The notes beneath the pieces were generated by a model. That model was not told the origin of the DNA and did no database searches. It saw nothing but the letters and a program-made list of their open reading frames with translations. 64,000 nucleotides of DNA from Polaribacter sp. (GTDB taxonomy: Bacteria; Bacteroidota; Bacteroidia; Flavobacteriales; Flavobacteriaceae). Position 1 is the stretch's first letter, and each line of letters begins with the position of its first letter. Position numbers and translations under genes: made by a program. Below are positions 10,613 through 19,868 of the stretch, piece by piece. The stretch is from the NCBI GenBank assembly GCA_018608545.1, contig JABAZI010000039.1, positions 43,388 through 107,387 on the forward strand, written 5' to 3'.

Positions 10613-11992
10613 TTAAATGGCACTAATAATATCATACTTGGTAATGATGTGATGGTTTCCATTATCTAAATCAATAATAACAGCGTCATTTTCATTGGTA
10701 ATTAGCTTTGAAACATCTTCAAGTGTTGTCATTTTCTTTACAATTGGATAGGGTTTTCCCATGATCTCTTTAATTGGTTTTTCTGCAATATTTTTATCTT
10801 TAATAAAGTATTGTAACAAAATAGATTCATCAATGGAACCTACAAAACCATTGATGTCTTTTACGGGTATTTGTGATATTTTAAAAGTTTTCATTCGCTC
10901 AATGGCGTGAGAAACTAACTCTTCTGTTTGAACAGTTACTAAAGGTCTTTCAGCGTTGTTTTTGGTAATATCTGCAGCAGTCTTAATTTTTTCTTCCAAA
11001 AAACCTCGTTCTCGCATCCAATTATCGTTAAACATTTTGCCGACATATCTACTCCCGTGATCATGAAATAAGACTACTACAACATCCTCTTTGGTAAAAT
11101 GTTCTTTTAATTGAAGCAACCCCTTTACGGCAGCACCTGCTGAATTTCCTAAAAACATTCCCTCTTCTTTTGATAAGCGTTGGGTATAGATTGCAGCATC
11201 TTTATCAGTTACTTTTGTAAAACCATCAATAATACTGAAATTCACGTTTTTTGGTAATATGTCTTCCCCAATTCCTTCTGTGATGTATGGATAAATTTCA
11301 TTTTCATCAAAAACACCTGTTTCATGATATTTTTTAAAAACAGAGCCATAGGTATCTATTCCCCACACTTTAACAGTTGTACCAGCTTCTTTTGCTTTCA
11401 TTTTTAAGTAACTCCCTACACCAGAGATAGTACCACCTGTTCCTACACCCACTACAAAATGAGTTACTTTTCCTGCTGTTTGTTTCCAAATTTCAGGTCC
11501 TGTACTTAAAAAGTGTGCTTTACAATTACTTGGATTGTCGTATTGATTTACATACCAAGAATTAGGAGTTTCTTCTCCTAAACGCTTTGAAACAGAGTAG
11601 TAAGAACGTTCGTCTTCCGGTTCAACATTTGTTGGACAAACAACTACTTTAGCTCCAACAGCTCTCAAAATGTCTATTTTTTCTTTTGATTGCTTGTCTG
11701 CCATTACAAAAATACATTTGTAACCTTTGACTATTGCAGCCAATGCTAACCCCATTCCAGTGTTTCCAGAGGTTCCCTCTATAATGGTTCCGCCAGGTTT
11801 TAAACGGCCATCTTTTTCAGCATCTTCAATCATTTGCAACGCCATTCGATCTTTAACCGAGTTTCCTGGATTAAAAGTTTCGTATTTTGAAAGTACTAAA
11901 CAAGGAAGTTCTTTTGTTAGAATATTTAATTTTACTAGTGGAGTATTCCCAATTGTTTCTAGTATGTTTTCAGCGTAGTCCATCGATATCAT
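10613..11992 (-). CDS. PLP-dependent cysteine synthase/cystathionine beta-synthase-like enzyme with C-terminal CBS pair
   Basis: 459 aa. PLP-lysine motif NPGNSVKDR, GTSGNTG loop, GVGTGGT glycine-rich loop, and a C-terminal tandem CBS-like region. An alternative ATG lies at 11983. Confidence 0.85.
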   Translation of the reverse strand: MISMDYAENILETIGNTPLVKLNILTKELPCLVLSKYETFNPGNSVKDRMALQMIEDAEKDGRLKPGGTIIEGTSGNTGMGLALAAIVKGYKCIFVMADKQSKEKIDILRAVGAKVVVCPTNVEPEDERSYYSVSKRLGEETPNSWYVNQYDNPSNCKAHFLSTGPEIWKQTAGKVTHFVVGVGTGGTISGVGSYLKMKAKEAGTTVKVWGIDTYGSVFKKYHETGVFDENEIYPYITEGIGEDILPKNVNFSIIDGFTKVTDKDAAIYTQRLSKEEGMFLGNSAGAAVKGLLQLKEHFTKEDVVVVLFHDHGSRYVGKMFNDNWMRERGFLEEKIKTAADITKNNAERPLVTVQTEELVSHAIERMKTFKISQIPVKDINGFVGSIDESILLQYFIKDKNIAEKPIKEIMGKPYPIVKKMTTLEDVSKLITNENDAVIIDLDNGNHHIITKYDIISAI

Positions 11993-12081
11993 TTCTCATA
12001 CAAAGATAAACGTTTTTTTGAGTGCTTGCTAATAAGGATGACATTTCAATTAACTTTTTGGTGAACCTGCAATACAGCTAC

Positions 12082-13317
12082 TTATGCAAACTTAATAGAT
12101 GTTGAAGGCTGAATTTTAGTAATGATATATGAAGGGATAATGAGCATTAGAAAAGAGATCAATAAAGTTCCAATGTTTAGAAGTAATACATTATTTAAAG
12201 TGATATATACAGGCATTGTTGTTACATAGTACGTTTCTGGATCTAGAACAATCAGTTTAAAATAATACTGAATAAATATGATAGACAGTCCAATCATATT
12301 TCCCCAAAACAGTCCTTTTAAAATAAGGTAAGAAGCATTGTATAAAAATATTTTTCGGATGCTATAATTTGTTCCTCCCAAAGCCTTTAGGATGCCAATC
12401 ATTTGAACGCGTTTTAGAATTAAAACAAGAAGTGCTGTAATCATATTTATTCCTGCAACCAAAATCATTATCACAATTATAAACCAAATGTTATTGTCAA
12501 AAAGTTGAATCCATTCAAATACAGCCGGATTAATTTCTAAAATAGTTTTACTATTTAATGTGGCTCCAATTTGACTGTAAATTTCTTTGCCTTTCTTTTC
12601 GATCGTATTAAAATCATCTAAGAGAACCTCAAATCCACCGACTTCATTACGAGACCATTTATTAAGATTTTGAACTTCTCTTAGATCACCAATCATCATG
12701 CTATTATCGAATTCGGTAAAGCCTGAATTATAAATTCCAACGATGATATATTTTCTATTTGAAGGTAATTTACTAGTACTGGTTTTGAGAAAAGTAGCTA
12801 AAATGGTGTCATTTAATTGTAAGTTCAAACGATTTGTTATTTTTTGTGATAATAACACCTCTTTTGTTCTTGTAAGTTTTAAATTAGGAATTCTACCTGC
12901 AACTAAATATTCTTTAAAAAAAGTCCAGTCATAATCTGTACTAACGCCTTTAAAAACAATACCCTCAAAGTCAGTTTTGGTTCTTAATAATCCCGCTTTA
13001 TTTGCAAAAACTTGAATATTCTTAATTCCTTCAATCCCATTAAAATCAGGGTAAAAACCTTGATTTTTTTTAATTGGAACGGTAGAAATGTTGGAATTAT
13101 TAGTATCGTAATTTACTATCTGGACATGTCCTTTGAAACCTGCAATTTTATCACGAATTTTATGTTGTAATCCCGCTCCAGTGGCAATTGCAATAAGCAT
13201 AATAATAACACCCAACGCAATTGCTGTGATCGCAATTTTTATTATTGGAGATGAAATACTATTTTTATACTTTTTGTCAGCAATAATGCGTTTCGCAATA
13301 AATAACTCGTAATTCAA
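12082..13317 (-). CDS. FtsX-like ABC transporter permease (LolC/E-like lipoprotein-release permease)
   Basis: N-terminus (M)NYELFIAKRI, then a TM helix, a large periplasmic loop and three C-terminal TM helices. I favour the in-frame TTG at 13317, which gives the canonical N-terminus. The ORF-track ATG at 13389 would overlap the divergent neighbour by 68 nt. Confidence 0.8.
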   Translation of the reverse strand: MNYELFIAKRIIADKKYKNSISSPIIKIAITAIALGVIIMLIAIATGAGLQHKIRDKIAGFKGHVQIVNYDTNNSNISTVPIKKNQGFYPDFNGIEGIKNIQVFANKAGLLRTKTDFEGIVFKGVSTDYDWTFFKEYLVAGRIPNLKLTRTKEVLLSQKITNRLNLQLNDTILATFLKTSTSKLPSNRKYIIVGIYNSGFTEFDNSMMIGDLREVQNLNKWSRNEVGGFEVLLDDFNTIEKKGKEIYSQIGATLNSKTILEINPAVFEWIQLFDNNIWFIIVIMILVAGINMITALLVLILKRVQMIGILKALGGTNYSIRKIFLYNASYLILKGLFWGNMIGLSIIFIQYYFKLIVLDPETYYVTTMPVYITLNNVLLLNIGTLLISFLMLIIPSYIITKIQPSTSIKFA

Positions 13318-13321
13318 ATTG

Positions 13322-14596
13322 ATGCTTCTTTTTAAACCTTTCAAAAGTACATATTTATTATTGTTTTTTATATTCAATCCACTGCTCATTTCTCATGCAC
13401 AAAATTCTTTACGTCCTTTAGAAAATAAATTTAAACAAATAGGGCCTGTTCAAACAGGAGCTGAAAGGACTGATATTTACCTGCCTTTTTTAAAAGGTAA
13501 AAATATTGCAGTTGTTAGCAATCAGACTTCTGTTATTTATACTTCCAGAGATTCTATTTTTGAGGTATTTCCTGGGGAAAAGAATGCTTATTTTGATCAT
13601 ATAGAATATACCAACACGCATTTAGTTGATAGTTTATTGTCTTTAAAAATTTCTGTAAAAAAAGTATTTGCTCCAGAACATGGCTTTCGAGGAAAAGCGG
13701 ATGCAGGTAAAATTATAAAAGACGGATTCGATTCTAAAACAGGATTACCTATTATTTCTTTATATGGTATCAATAAAAAAACTTCTGCAAAACAATTACA
13801 AGGAATTGACGTGGTTATTTTTGATATTCAAGATGTAGGTGCCCGTTTTTATACTTTTATATCAACATTACATTATGTAATGGAAGCTTGTGCAGAATCA
13901 GGGATTCCTCTACTGGTACTAGACAGACCTAATCCTAATGGACATTATATTGATGGGCCTGTTTTAGAAGCCAAACATAATTCTTTTGTTGGGATGCATC
14001 AAGTTCCTGTTGTATATGGAATGACTATTGGAGAATATGGATTAATGATCAATGGAGAGCGTTGGTTAAAAAATGGAGTTCAATGTGATTTGAAAGTAAT
14101 TCCTTTAGATAATTATTCACACAAAACCATATATAGTCTCCCAATAAAACCTTCTCCCAATTTACCCAATGATAAAAGTATTAATTTGTATCCAAGTTTG
14201 TGTTTTTTTGAGGGAACCAATGTTTCTGCTGGTCGGGGTACAAAGTTGCAATTTCAAATATACGGCTCTCCTTTTTTGAAAAACACCAATTTTGAATTTA
14301 TACCTCAATCTAATGATGCTGAAAAAAATCCTAAAAACAAAAATCAAAAATGTTTTGGGGAAGATTTGAGAACAAAAAAAAGGTTGAATCAATTAGATTT
14401 GTCTTATCTGGTTAAAGCTTACAAGAACAATTCTTCCAAGATTTTTTTCAAGAGCTTTTTTACGACCCTAGCGGGAACAGAGAAGTTACAACGACAAATA
14501 GAACAGGGAATGTCTGTAAATGAAATAAGAAATACATGGACAGAAGGCCTTCGCAAATTTAGAATTGTTAGAGAAAAATATCTGCTATACAAGTAA
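13322..14596 (+). CDS. DUF1343-family protein (NamZ-like exo-beta-N-acetylmuramidase)
   Basis: About 424 aa with a signal peptide (LLLFFIFNPLLISHAQ). The conserved blocks GIDVVIFDIQDVGARFYT and LDRPNP are typical of DUF1343. Confidence 0.8.
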   Translation: MLLFKPFKSTYLLLFFIFNPLLISHAQNSLRPLENKFKQIGPVQTGAERTDIYLPFLKGKNIAVVSNQTSVIYTSRDSIFEVFPGEKNAYFDHIEYTNTHLVDSLLSLKISVKKVFAPEHGFRGKADAGKIIKDGFDSKTGLPIISLYGINKKTSAKQLQGIDVVIFDIQDVGARFYTFISTLHYVMEACAESGIPLLVLDRPNPNGHYIDGPVLEAKHNSFVGMHQVPVVYGMTIGEYGLMINGERWLKNGVQCDLKVIPLDNYSHKTIYSLPIKPSPNLPNDKSINLYPSLCFFEGTNVSAGRGTKLQFQIYGSPFLKNTNFEFIPQSNDAEKNPKNKNQKCFGEDLRTKKRLNQLDLSYLVKAYKNNSSKIFFKSFFTTLAGTEKLQRQIEQGMSVNEIRNTWTEGLRKFRIVREKYLLYK

Positions 14597-14623
14597 AAGG
14601 AGTGCTTATTCTTTTAAAATAAA

Positions 14624-15460
14624 TTAAAGATCCTCAATCCTGGTTGGCTTTTTATATCCCTGAAAAGGTTGTTTTAATAGCTCTTTCAGAGAAGAGTTCC
14701 TCTCTTCATCCGGGAAAGTATCTACCCCATACACGATCTTGTCGGGATTCATTTCCAAGTAGGTACCTAACATTCTATCCCAGATAGAGAAAATATTTCC
14801 ATAGTTAGAATCTGTGTAAGGTAACTTGTAATGATGATGAATCTTATGCATGGATGGAGATACAATAAAGTAACTCAGAATTTTATCTGTCTTTGGTGAT
14901 ATTTTTATGTTTGCATGTGTAAATTGTGTAGAAACTAGAGAGATAGATTGATATAACATCACTATTGCAATTGGAGTTCCTACGACTAGCACACCTAATA
15001 AGGTGAATGAAAAACGAATAACACTCTCAATAGGATGGTGCCTGTTCGCAGTAGTTGTATCTACTTTATGGTCTGAATGATGCACCAAATGTACCATCCA
15101 TAAGGGTTTTACTTTGTGTTCTGTATAATGTGCTAAATACGCCCCAAAAAAATCTAAAAACAGAATCCCCAAGACTACATATAGCCAAAGAGGCATTTCT
15201 GGTAACCAATTAATGATTCCAAAATTAGCGGCCTGAACCCAATCGGAAGTATGTAACAAAACAAAAGCCAGTGAAAAATTAATCAGTACAGTTGTAAATG
15301 TAAAAAACAAGTTTGGAAAAGCGTGTTTCCATTTTTTGTAATCAAATTTAAAAAAAGGAAAAGCTCCTTCTAAAAGCCAAAAAAAAGTAATTCCACCTAC
15401 TAGAATCAAGCTTCTATGAAGTGAGGGTATCGTTTCAAAATAATTAAAAATAGTATCCAA
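14624..15460 (-). CDS. sterol desaturase/fatty acid hydroxylase-family membrane protein
   Basis: 278 aa, multi-TM, with three histidine boxes (HYTEH, HLVHHSDH, HKIHHH). TTG start; there is no in-frame ATG upstream. Confidence 0.8.
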   Translation of the reverse strand: MDTIFNYFETIPSLHRSLILVGGITFFWLLEGAFPFFKFDYKKWKHAFPNLFFTFTTVLINFSLAFVLLHTSDWVQAANFGIINWLPEMPLWLYVVLGILFLDFFGAYLAHYTEHKVKPLWMVHLVHHSDHKVDTTTANRHHPIESVIRFSFTLLGVLVVGTPIAIVMLYQSISLVSTQFTHANIKISPKTDKILSYFIVSPSMHKIHHHYKLPYTDSNYGNIFSIWDRMLGTYLEMNPDKIVYGVDTFPDEERNSSLKELLKQPFQGYKKPTRIEDL

Positions 15461-15569
15461 ATTGTTTTTTCTCCTAAAATAATAAAAATTAATTAATTAT
15501 AAATAAGGGAGCCTTTTCAATTTCCAGTATAAATATTTTTATTTATTGGATTTCAAAATTAAATATTCT

Positions 15570-15577
15570 TAATTTTG
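15570..15577 (+). promoter_or_regulatory. -7 box TAATTTTG upstream of pyrD
   Basis: Exact TAnnTTTG, 41 nt upstream of the pyrD ATG. Confidence 0.4.
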
Positions 15578-15618
15578 TAACTTAGTAGTAAGCAAACTCT
15601 AGCATCAATTTAAATAGC

Positions 15619-16653
15619 ATGTACAGATTTATTGTAAGACCGATACTCTTTTTATTCGACCCAGAAAAAATCCATCATTTTACATTCTTTCTTATCAAAA
15701 TACTTTGTAAAGTTCCACTTGTTCCTCTATTATTTAAAAGTTTATATCGTATGGAAGATAAGCGTTTGGAGAGAACTTTGTTTGGAATAACTTTTAAAAA
15801 CCCTGTTGGTTTAGCTGCAGGATTTGATAAAAATGCAGTCTTATACAACGAATTAGCTAATTTTGGTTTTGGATTTATAGAAATTGGAACCACAACTCCA
15901 AAAGGACAAGTTGGAAACCCTAAAAAAAGATTATTTAGATTAAAATCTGATCAAGGAATTATCAATAGAATGGGCTTTAATAATGAAGGTATTGAAGCAG
16001 TGATCAAAAACCTAAAAAAGAATAAGGGCCAGGTCGTTATAGGTGGAAATATTGGGAAAAACACAACAACAAGTCCTGAAAATTATACAGAAGATTATTG
16101 TGAAGTATTCAAATCACTACATCCTTATGTAGATTATTTTGTTCTGAACGTAAGTTGTCCCAATGTAGGTAGTCATGCAAAATTAAATGATAAAGACTAT
16201 TTGATCGAATTGATAACTGCTTGTAAAGAACTAAATTTACAAGAGAAATCACAAAAACCAATTTTATTAAAAATTGCTCCAGATTTAAATACCATTCAAC
16301 TAGATGAAATTATAGAATTGGTTAACGAAACCAATATAGACGGTGTAATTGCATCCAATACGTCAACTAGTAGAGAGGGTTTGAAGGCTTCTAAAGAACA
16401 ATTAGCTAAAATTGGCCCTGGTGGTCTTAGTGGTCAACCTGTTAAAAATAAAAGTACAGAAGTGATACAATATTTAGCGGATACTTCTCATAAATCTTTT
16501 CCAATTATTGGAGTAGGGGGGATTCATTCTGAAAAAGATGCTTTAGAAAAAATAAAGGCAGGTGCAGACTTAGTTCAAGTATATACTGGTTTTATTTATG
16601 AAGGACCGAGCTTGATCAAACGAATTAATAAAGCAATTTTACAACAATCTTAA
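15619..16653 (+). CDS. pyrD: dihydroorotate dehydrogenase (quinone), class 2
   Basis: 344 aa. N-terminal membrane-association extension, [24 protein letters not shown]. Confidence 0.93.
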   Translation: MYRFIVRPILFLFDPEKIHHFTFFLIKILCKVPLVPLLFKSLYRMEDKRLERTLFGITFKNPVGLAAGFDKNAVLYNELANFGFGFIEIGTTTPKGQVGNPKKRLFRLKSDQGIINRMGFNNEGIEAVIKNLKKNKGQVVIGGNIGKNTTTSPENYTEDYCEVFKSLHPYVDYFVLNVSCPNVGSHAKLNDKDYLIELITACKELNLQEKSQKPILLKIAPDLNTIQLDEIIELVNETNIDGVIASNTSTSREGLKASKEQLAKIGPGGLSGQPVKNKSTEVIQYLADTSHKSFPIIGVGGIHSEKDALEKIKAGADLVQVYTGFIYEGPSLIKRINKAILQQS

Positions 16654-16707
16654 CTTTTCAAGATATTATAACTATTTTGTAGCATACAATCTATAGTGGT
16701 CTTTTAC

Positions 16708-17322
16708 ATGTTTGAAATTCTTTTTCCTTTTGCAATCGCAACGTTTATTTTAGCAATTTCTCCGGGTCCTGATAATATTTTTGTTCTTACACAAAGTATT
16801 GTTAATGGGAAGAAATTTGGTTTGGCTACAGTTTTTGGTTTAATGACGGGTTGTATTCTCCATACATCATTCGTTGCATTTGGTGTTTCAGCAATTATCA
16901 GAGAAAACGAACGTATTTTTTTGATAATTAAAATTTTAGGCGCTAGTTACCTTCTATATTTAGCCTTTAAAGTATATAAATCTAATGCAAACATTGTTTT
17001 ATCTGGAACTGCTAAAAAAAATCAATCGGTTTTTCAGTTGTTTAAAAAAGGTTTTTTAATGAACGTATTAAATCCTAAAGTGACTACTTTTTTTTTAGCT
17101 TTTTTTCCACAATTTCTTTTCTCTGACGCTATTTCAACTGTATTACAGTTTTATATACTAGGAGCAATATTTATTGCAATATCTTTTTCAGTCTTTTCAA
17201 CAATAGCTATTCTAGCAGGAAGTATTTCTAATTATTTAAGAGCATTTTCTAAAATCGAAAAATTATTAAAATGGGGGCAAATAATTGTATTTGTTTTTAT
17301 TTCTTTAATGATATTGTTATAA
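16708..17322 (+). CDS. LysE/RhtB-family amino-acid exporter
   Basis: About 204 aa, six TM segments, N-terminal ISPGPDN motif. I prefer the ATG at 16708 over the GTG at 16696. Confidence 0.8.
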   Translation: MFEILFPFAIATFILAISPGPDNIFVLTQSIVNGKKFGLATVFGLMTGCILHTSFVAFGVSAIIRENERIFLIIKILGASYLLYLAFKVYKSNANIVLSGTAKKNQSVFQLFKKGFLMNVLNPKVTTFFLAFFPQFLFSDAISTVLQFYILGAIFIAISFSVFSTIAILAGSISNYLRAFSKIEKLLKWGQIIVFVFISLMILL

Positions 17323-17415
17323 TATACGAGTCATTTTTTTCGTATATTTAAGTGTGCATAGGAATCTTATTTTTTGTGTATTCACTAAAACAAAAGTGGT
17401 TCAAAAATACTTAAA

Positions 17416-17563
17416 ATGAGTTTTATTAGCTATTCTATTTCCTCCTCTTTCTAGAGTATATAAGGGATGTGGTTCTTTTTTTATCGTTTTTTTACTCACG
17501 CTTTGTGGGGGGATTCCTGGAGTAATAGGTGCCTTAGTTATTTTGAATAATCCTAAAAATTAA
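17416..17563 (+). pseudogene. YqaE/Pmp3-family small proteolipid, with an apparent 1-nt frameshift after codon 3-4 (or a non-canonical start)
   Basis: Not in the ORF track. The frame 17420-17563 reads VLLAILFPPLSRVYKGCGSFFIVFLLTLCGGIPGVIGALVILNNPKN*. This matches the Pmp3/YqaE signature (ILPPL...G...LLTLLGYIPG.IHA). The only ATG (17416, MSFI) is in the -1 frame. Removing one nt in TTTTA (17421-17425) fuses them. Confidence 0.6.
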
Positions 17564-17567
17564 TTTT

Positions 17568-17906
17568 TTAATTAATTTGTTGACCATTTTTACCTTTTTT
17601 AGAAGTTTGTAATAAAACAACATTGTTTGACGTGTCATGAATGCCTAAAACTAAAACCTCACTCAAGAAATTTGCAATTTGTCTGGGTTTAAAGTTTAGA
17701 ACAGCAGTTACCTGTTTATTGATTAAATCTTCTTTAGAATACAAATTTGTAATTTGAGCACTGCTTTTTTTAATTCCTAGATCGCCAAAATCAATTTTTA
17801 ATTGATAGGCGGGTTTTCTGGCTTTTTTAAAATCACAAACTTCAATAATAGTTCCTACTCTGATGTCAATTCTTGAAAAATCTTCGAATGTAATTTCTTT
17901 TTTCAT
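17568..17906 (-). CDS. CsaA-like tRNA-binding domain protein
   Basis: About 112 aa starting MKKEITFEDFSRIDIRVGTIIEV, an OB-fold tRNA-binding domain. Its ATG overlaps the stop of the upstream DUF962 gene (ATGA). The longer ORF-track form is an artefactual extension. Confidence 0.82.
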   Translation of the reverse strand: MKKEITFEDFSRIDIRVGTIIEVCDFKKARKPAYQLKIDFGDLGIKKSSAQITNLYSKEDLINKQVTAVLNFKPRQIANFLSEVLVLGIHDTSNNVVLLQTSKKGKNGQQIN

Positions 17907-18370
17907 TTTTTCTTTTTTCCAATTTTCTGAATTACCCATAAAGGACCAATCAATAAAAACTGTAAATCTTTTGCAAATGAGGGCTTTTTCCCTTCTATTT
18001 TGTGGCCCCAAAATTGTCCAATCCAACCAGCTGCAAAAACAACAATTGACGCAGTTAGAAGGTCAATATGATTTGACATCCAGAAATTACCAATAATACA
18101 TAGTAGCATGATCAACAACATTTCTAAAAAATACCAAAAGCCTAAAGCCAGGTAGAAGAAAGAAATTAGAATTCCAATAACTACAGCCCAATTCTCTATC
18201 AAGGGATTATATAAGCCCAATAAATCTTCTAAAACAATAGTTGGGATACTCATTAAAAGTCCAATAACACTATAAAATATTACTGGAACACAAATAAAAT
18301 GAATTAATTTATTGGTCTCATTTTGATGGCTCACAGCGTACTCGTCAAACCATTGTTTTGCAGTTTTCAT
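17903..18370 (-). CDS. DUF962 (Mpo1-like) membrane protein
   Basis: 155 aa. N-terminus W.DEYAVSHQNETNKLIHFICVP and four TM helices are typical of the DUF962/Mpo1 family. Confidence 0.75.
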   Translation of the reverse strand: MKTAKQWFDEYAVSHQNETNKLIHFICVPVIFYSVIGLLMSIPTIVLEDLLGLYNPLIENWAVVIGILISFFYLALGFWYFLEMLLIMLLCIIGNFWMSNHIDLLTASIVVFAAGWIGQFWGHKIEGKKPSFAKDLQFLLIGPLWVIQKIGKKKK

Positions 18371-18531
18371 AATGCTAGAAATTAGAAATTAAAGATATAA
18401 GTATTTTAAGAAATATAAAATTAAATTTAGACAATTGTCAACATTCATTAAAATTTAATATCGTGGCTATTTATTTCATGCAATTTTAAACTATGCAGAT
18501 CATCATGGGTCTAACTAAAAATTATTTATTC

Positions 18532-19824
18532 ATGAAATTTGATAATTGTATTTTCATATTAGTTTTTTTTTTAATGAATTGCAGTTCCTCACCAGAAATA
18601 ACTGAGGACCCAGTAAAAGAGCATTCAAACGCAAAACCAAATATTCTGTTAATCATTGCAGATGATGTTAGTAAAGATGCAGTTCCTAATTATACAGAAG
18701 GCATTATAAAAGCAAATATGCCAAATTTACAAGGTTTAATGAGTACAGGTATTACGTTTGATAATGTATGGGCTTATCCAGTATGTTCCCCAACAAGAGC
18801 CTCTATTATTACAGGTAAATATGGTTTTAAAACTGGTGTTTTAACAGTTGATGATCCTATTTCTCTTTCAGAAACTTCACTACAACAATCCATAACTAAT
18901 TATACGAATAATGCATATGCAACTGCGATTATAGGAAAATGGCATTTGTCTAAAAACACATCAGATCCATTAACTTTCGGTGTGAATTATTTTGCAGGTA
19001 TTTTAAATGGTGGTATTTCAAATTACCTCAATTGGCCTTTGGTAGAAAACGGGACGAGTTCAATTTCTTCAGAATACGCTACGACAAAATTGACAGACTT
19101 GGCGATTAATTGGCTTGGTTCTCAAACAAAACCTTGGTTTTTATGGATGGCTTATAATGCACCACACACCCCTTTTCATTTAGCGCCAACAAAACTTCAC
19201 TCTCAAGGAAGTCTTGCAACTGATACCACTTCTATTAATGAAAATCCATTGCCATATTATCTGTCTGCCTTGGAAGCAATAGATACTGAGATGGGGCGTC
19301 TTTTTAATAGTTTAACAGTCAAAGAAAGAGAAAATACCATTATTATTTTTATTGGTGACAATGGTTCGCCAAACAAAGTGGCACAAACTCCTTACAAGAG
19401 AACAACGGTTAAGGGAAGTTTGTATCAGGGAGGAATTAATGTGCCCATGGTGGTTTCTGGAAAAGGCGTAGATCGACTTGGAGCAAGAGAGCCTGGGCTG
19501 ATAAACTCTACAGATTTATTCACTACTATTGGAAATATTGCTGGAATTCAGGTTAAAGAAATTGAAAATAGTATCAGTTTTTATGATACATTTATAGATA
19601 CAAATGCTACTAGAAGAAACTATGTGTATTCTGAAAAAGAAGACGCTTACTCAGTTAGAGATACAACTTACAAATACATAAAGTTTGAAAATGGGAGAGA
19701 GGAGCTCTATAATTTGTCTACTGATGCTTATGAAAAGGTGAATTTAATGAACAATACATTAACTACTGAAGCTTCTGAAGCAAAGTTAGCTTTAATTGTC
19801 GAGGCAGATAGAATTCGCAGTTAA
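18532..19824 (+). CDS. sulfatase (formylglycine-dependent), lipoprotein
   Basis: CSPTRASIITG (CxPxR formylglycine motif), ADDV metal site and GKWHL. I prefer the ATG at 18532 because it gives the lipoprotein signal MKFDNCIFILVFFLMNC. Confidence 0.85.
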   Translation: MKFDNCIFILVFFLMNCSSSPEITEDPVKEHSNAKPNILLIIADDVSKDAVPNYTEGIIKANMPNLQGLMSTGITFDNVWAYPVCSPTRASIITGKYGFKTGVLTVDDPISLSETSLQQSITNYTNNAYATAIIGKWHLSKNTSDPLTFGVNYFAGILNGGISNYLNWPLVENGTSSISSEYATTKLTDLAINWLGSQTKPWFLWMAYNAPHTPFHLAPTKLHSQGSLATDTTSINENPLPYYLSALEAIDTEMGRLFNSLTVKERENTIIIFIGDNGSPNKVAQTPYKRTTVKGSLYQGGINVPMVVSGKGVDRLGAREPGLINSTDLFTTIGNIAGIQVKEIENSISFYDTFIDTNATRRNYVYSEKEDAYSVRDTTYKYIKFENGREELYNLSTDAYEKVNLMNNTLTTEASEAKLALIVEADRIRS

Positions 19825-19868
19825 AGAAATACGATCAATACTATTATATCTTAAAAAATAAGGTCTAT

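Noticed and set aside
17322-17347. Hairpin ATATACGA-(10 nt)-TCGTATAT just after the LysE-like gene, considered as a terminator
   Set aside because: No T-run follows the stem and the stem is AT-rich, so it is too weak to list as a feature.
17907-18026. N-terminal extension of the CsaA-like ORF into the DUF962 gene
   Set aside because: The internal ATG at 17906 forms an ATGA overlap with the upstream stop and gives the normal ~112-aa domain protein.
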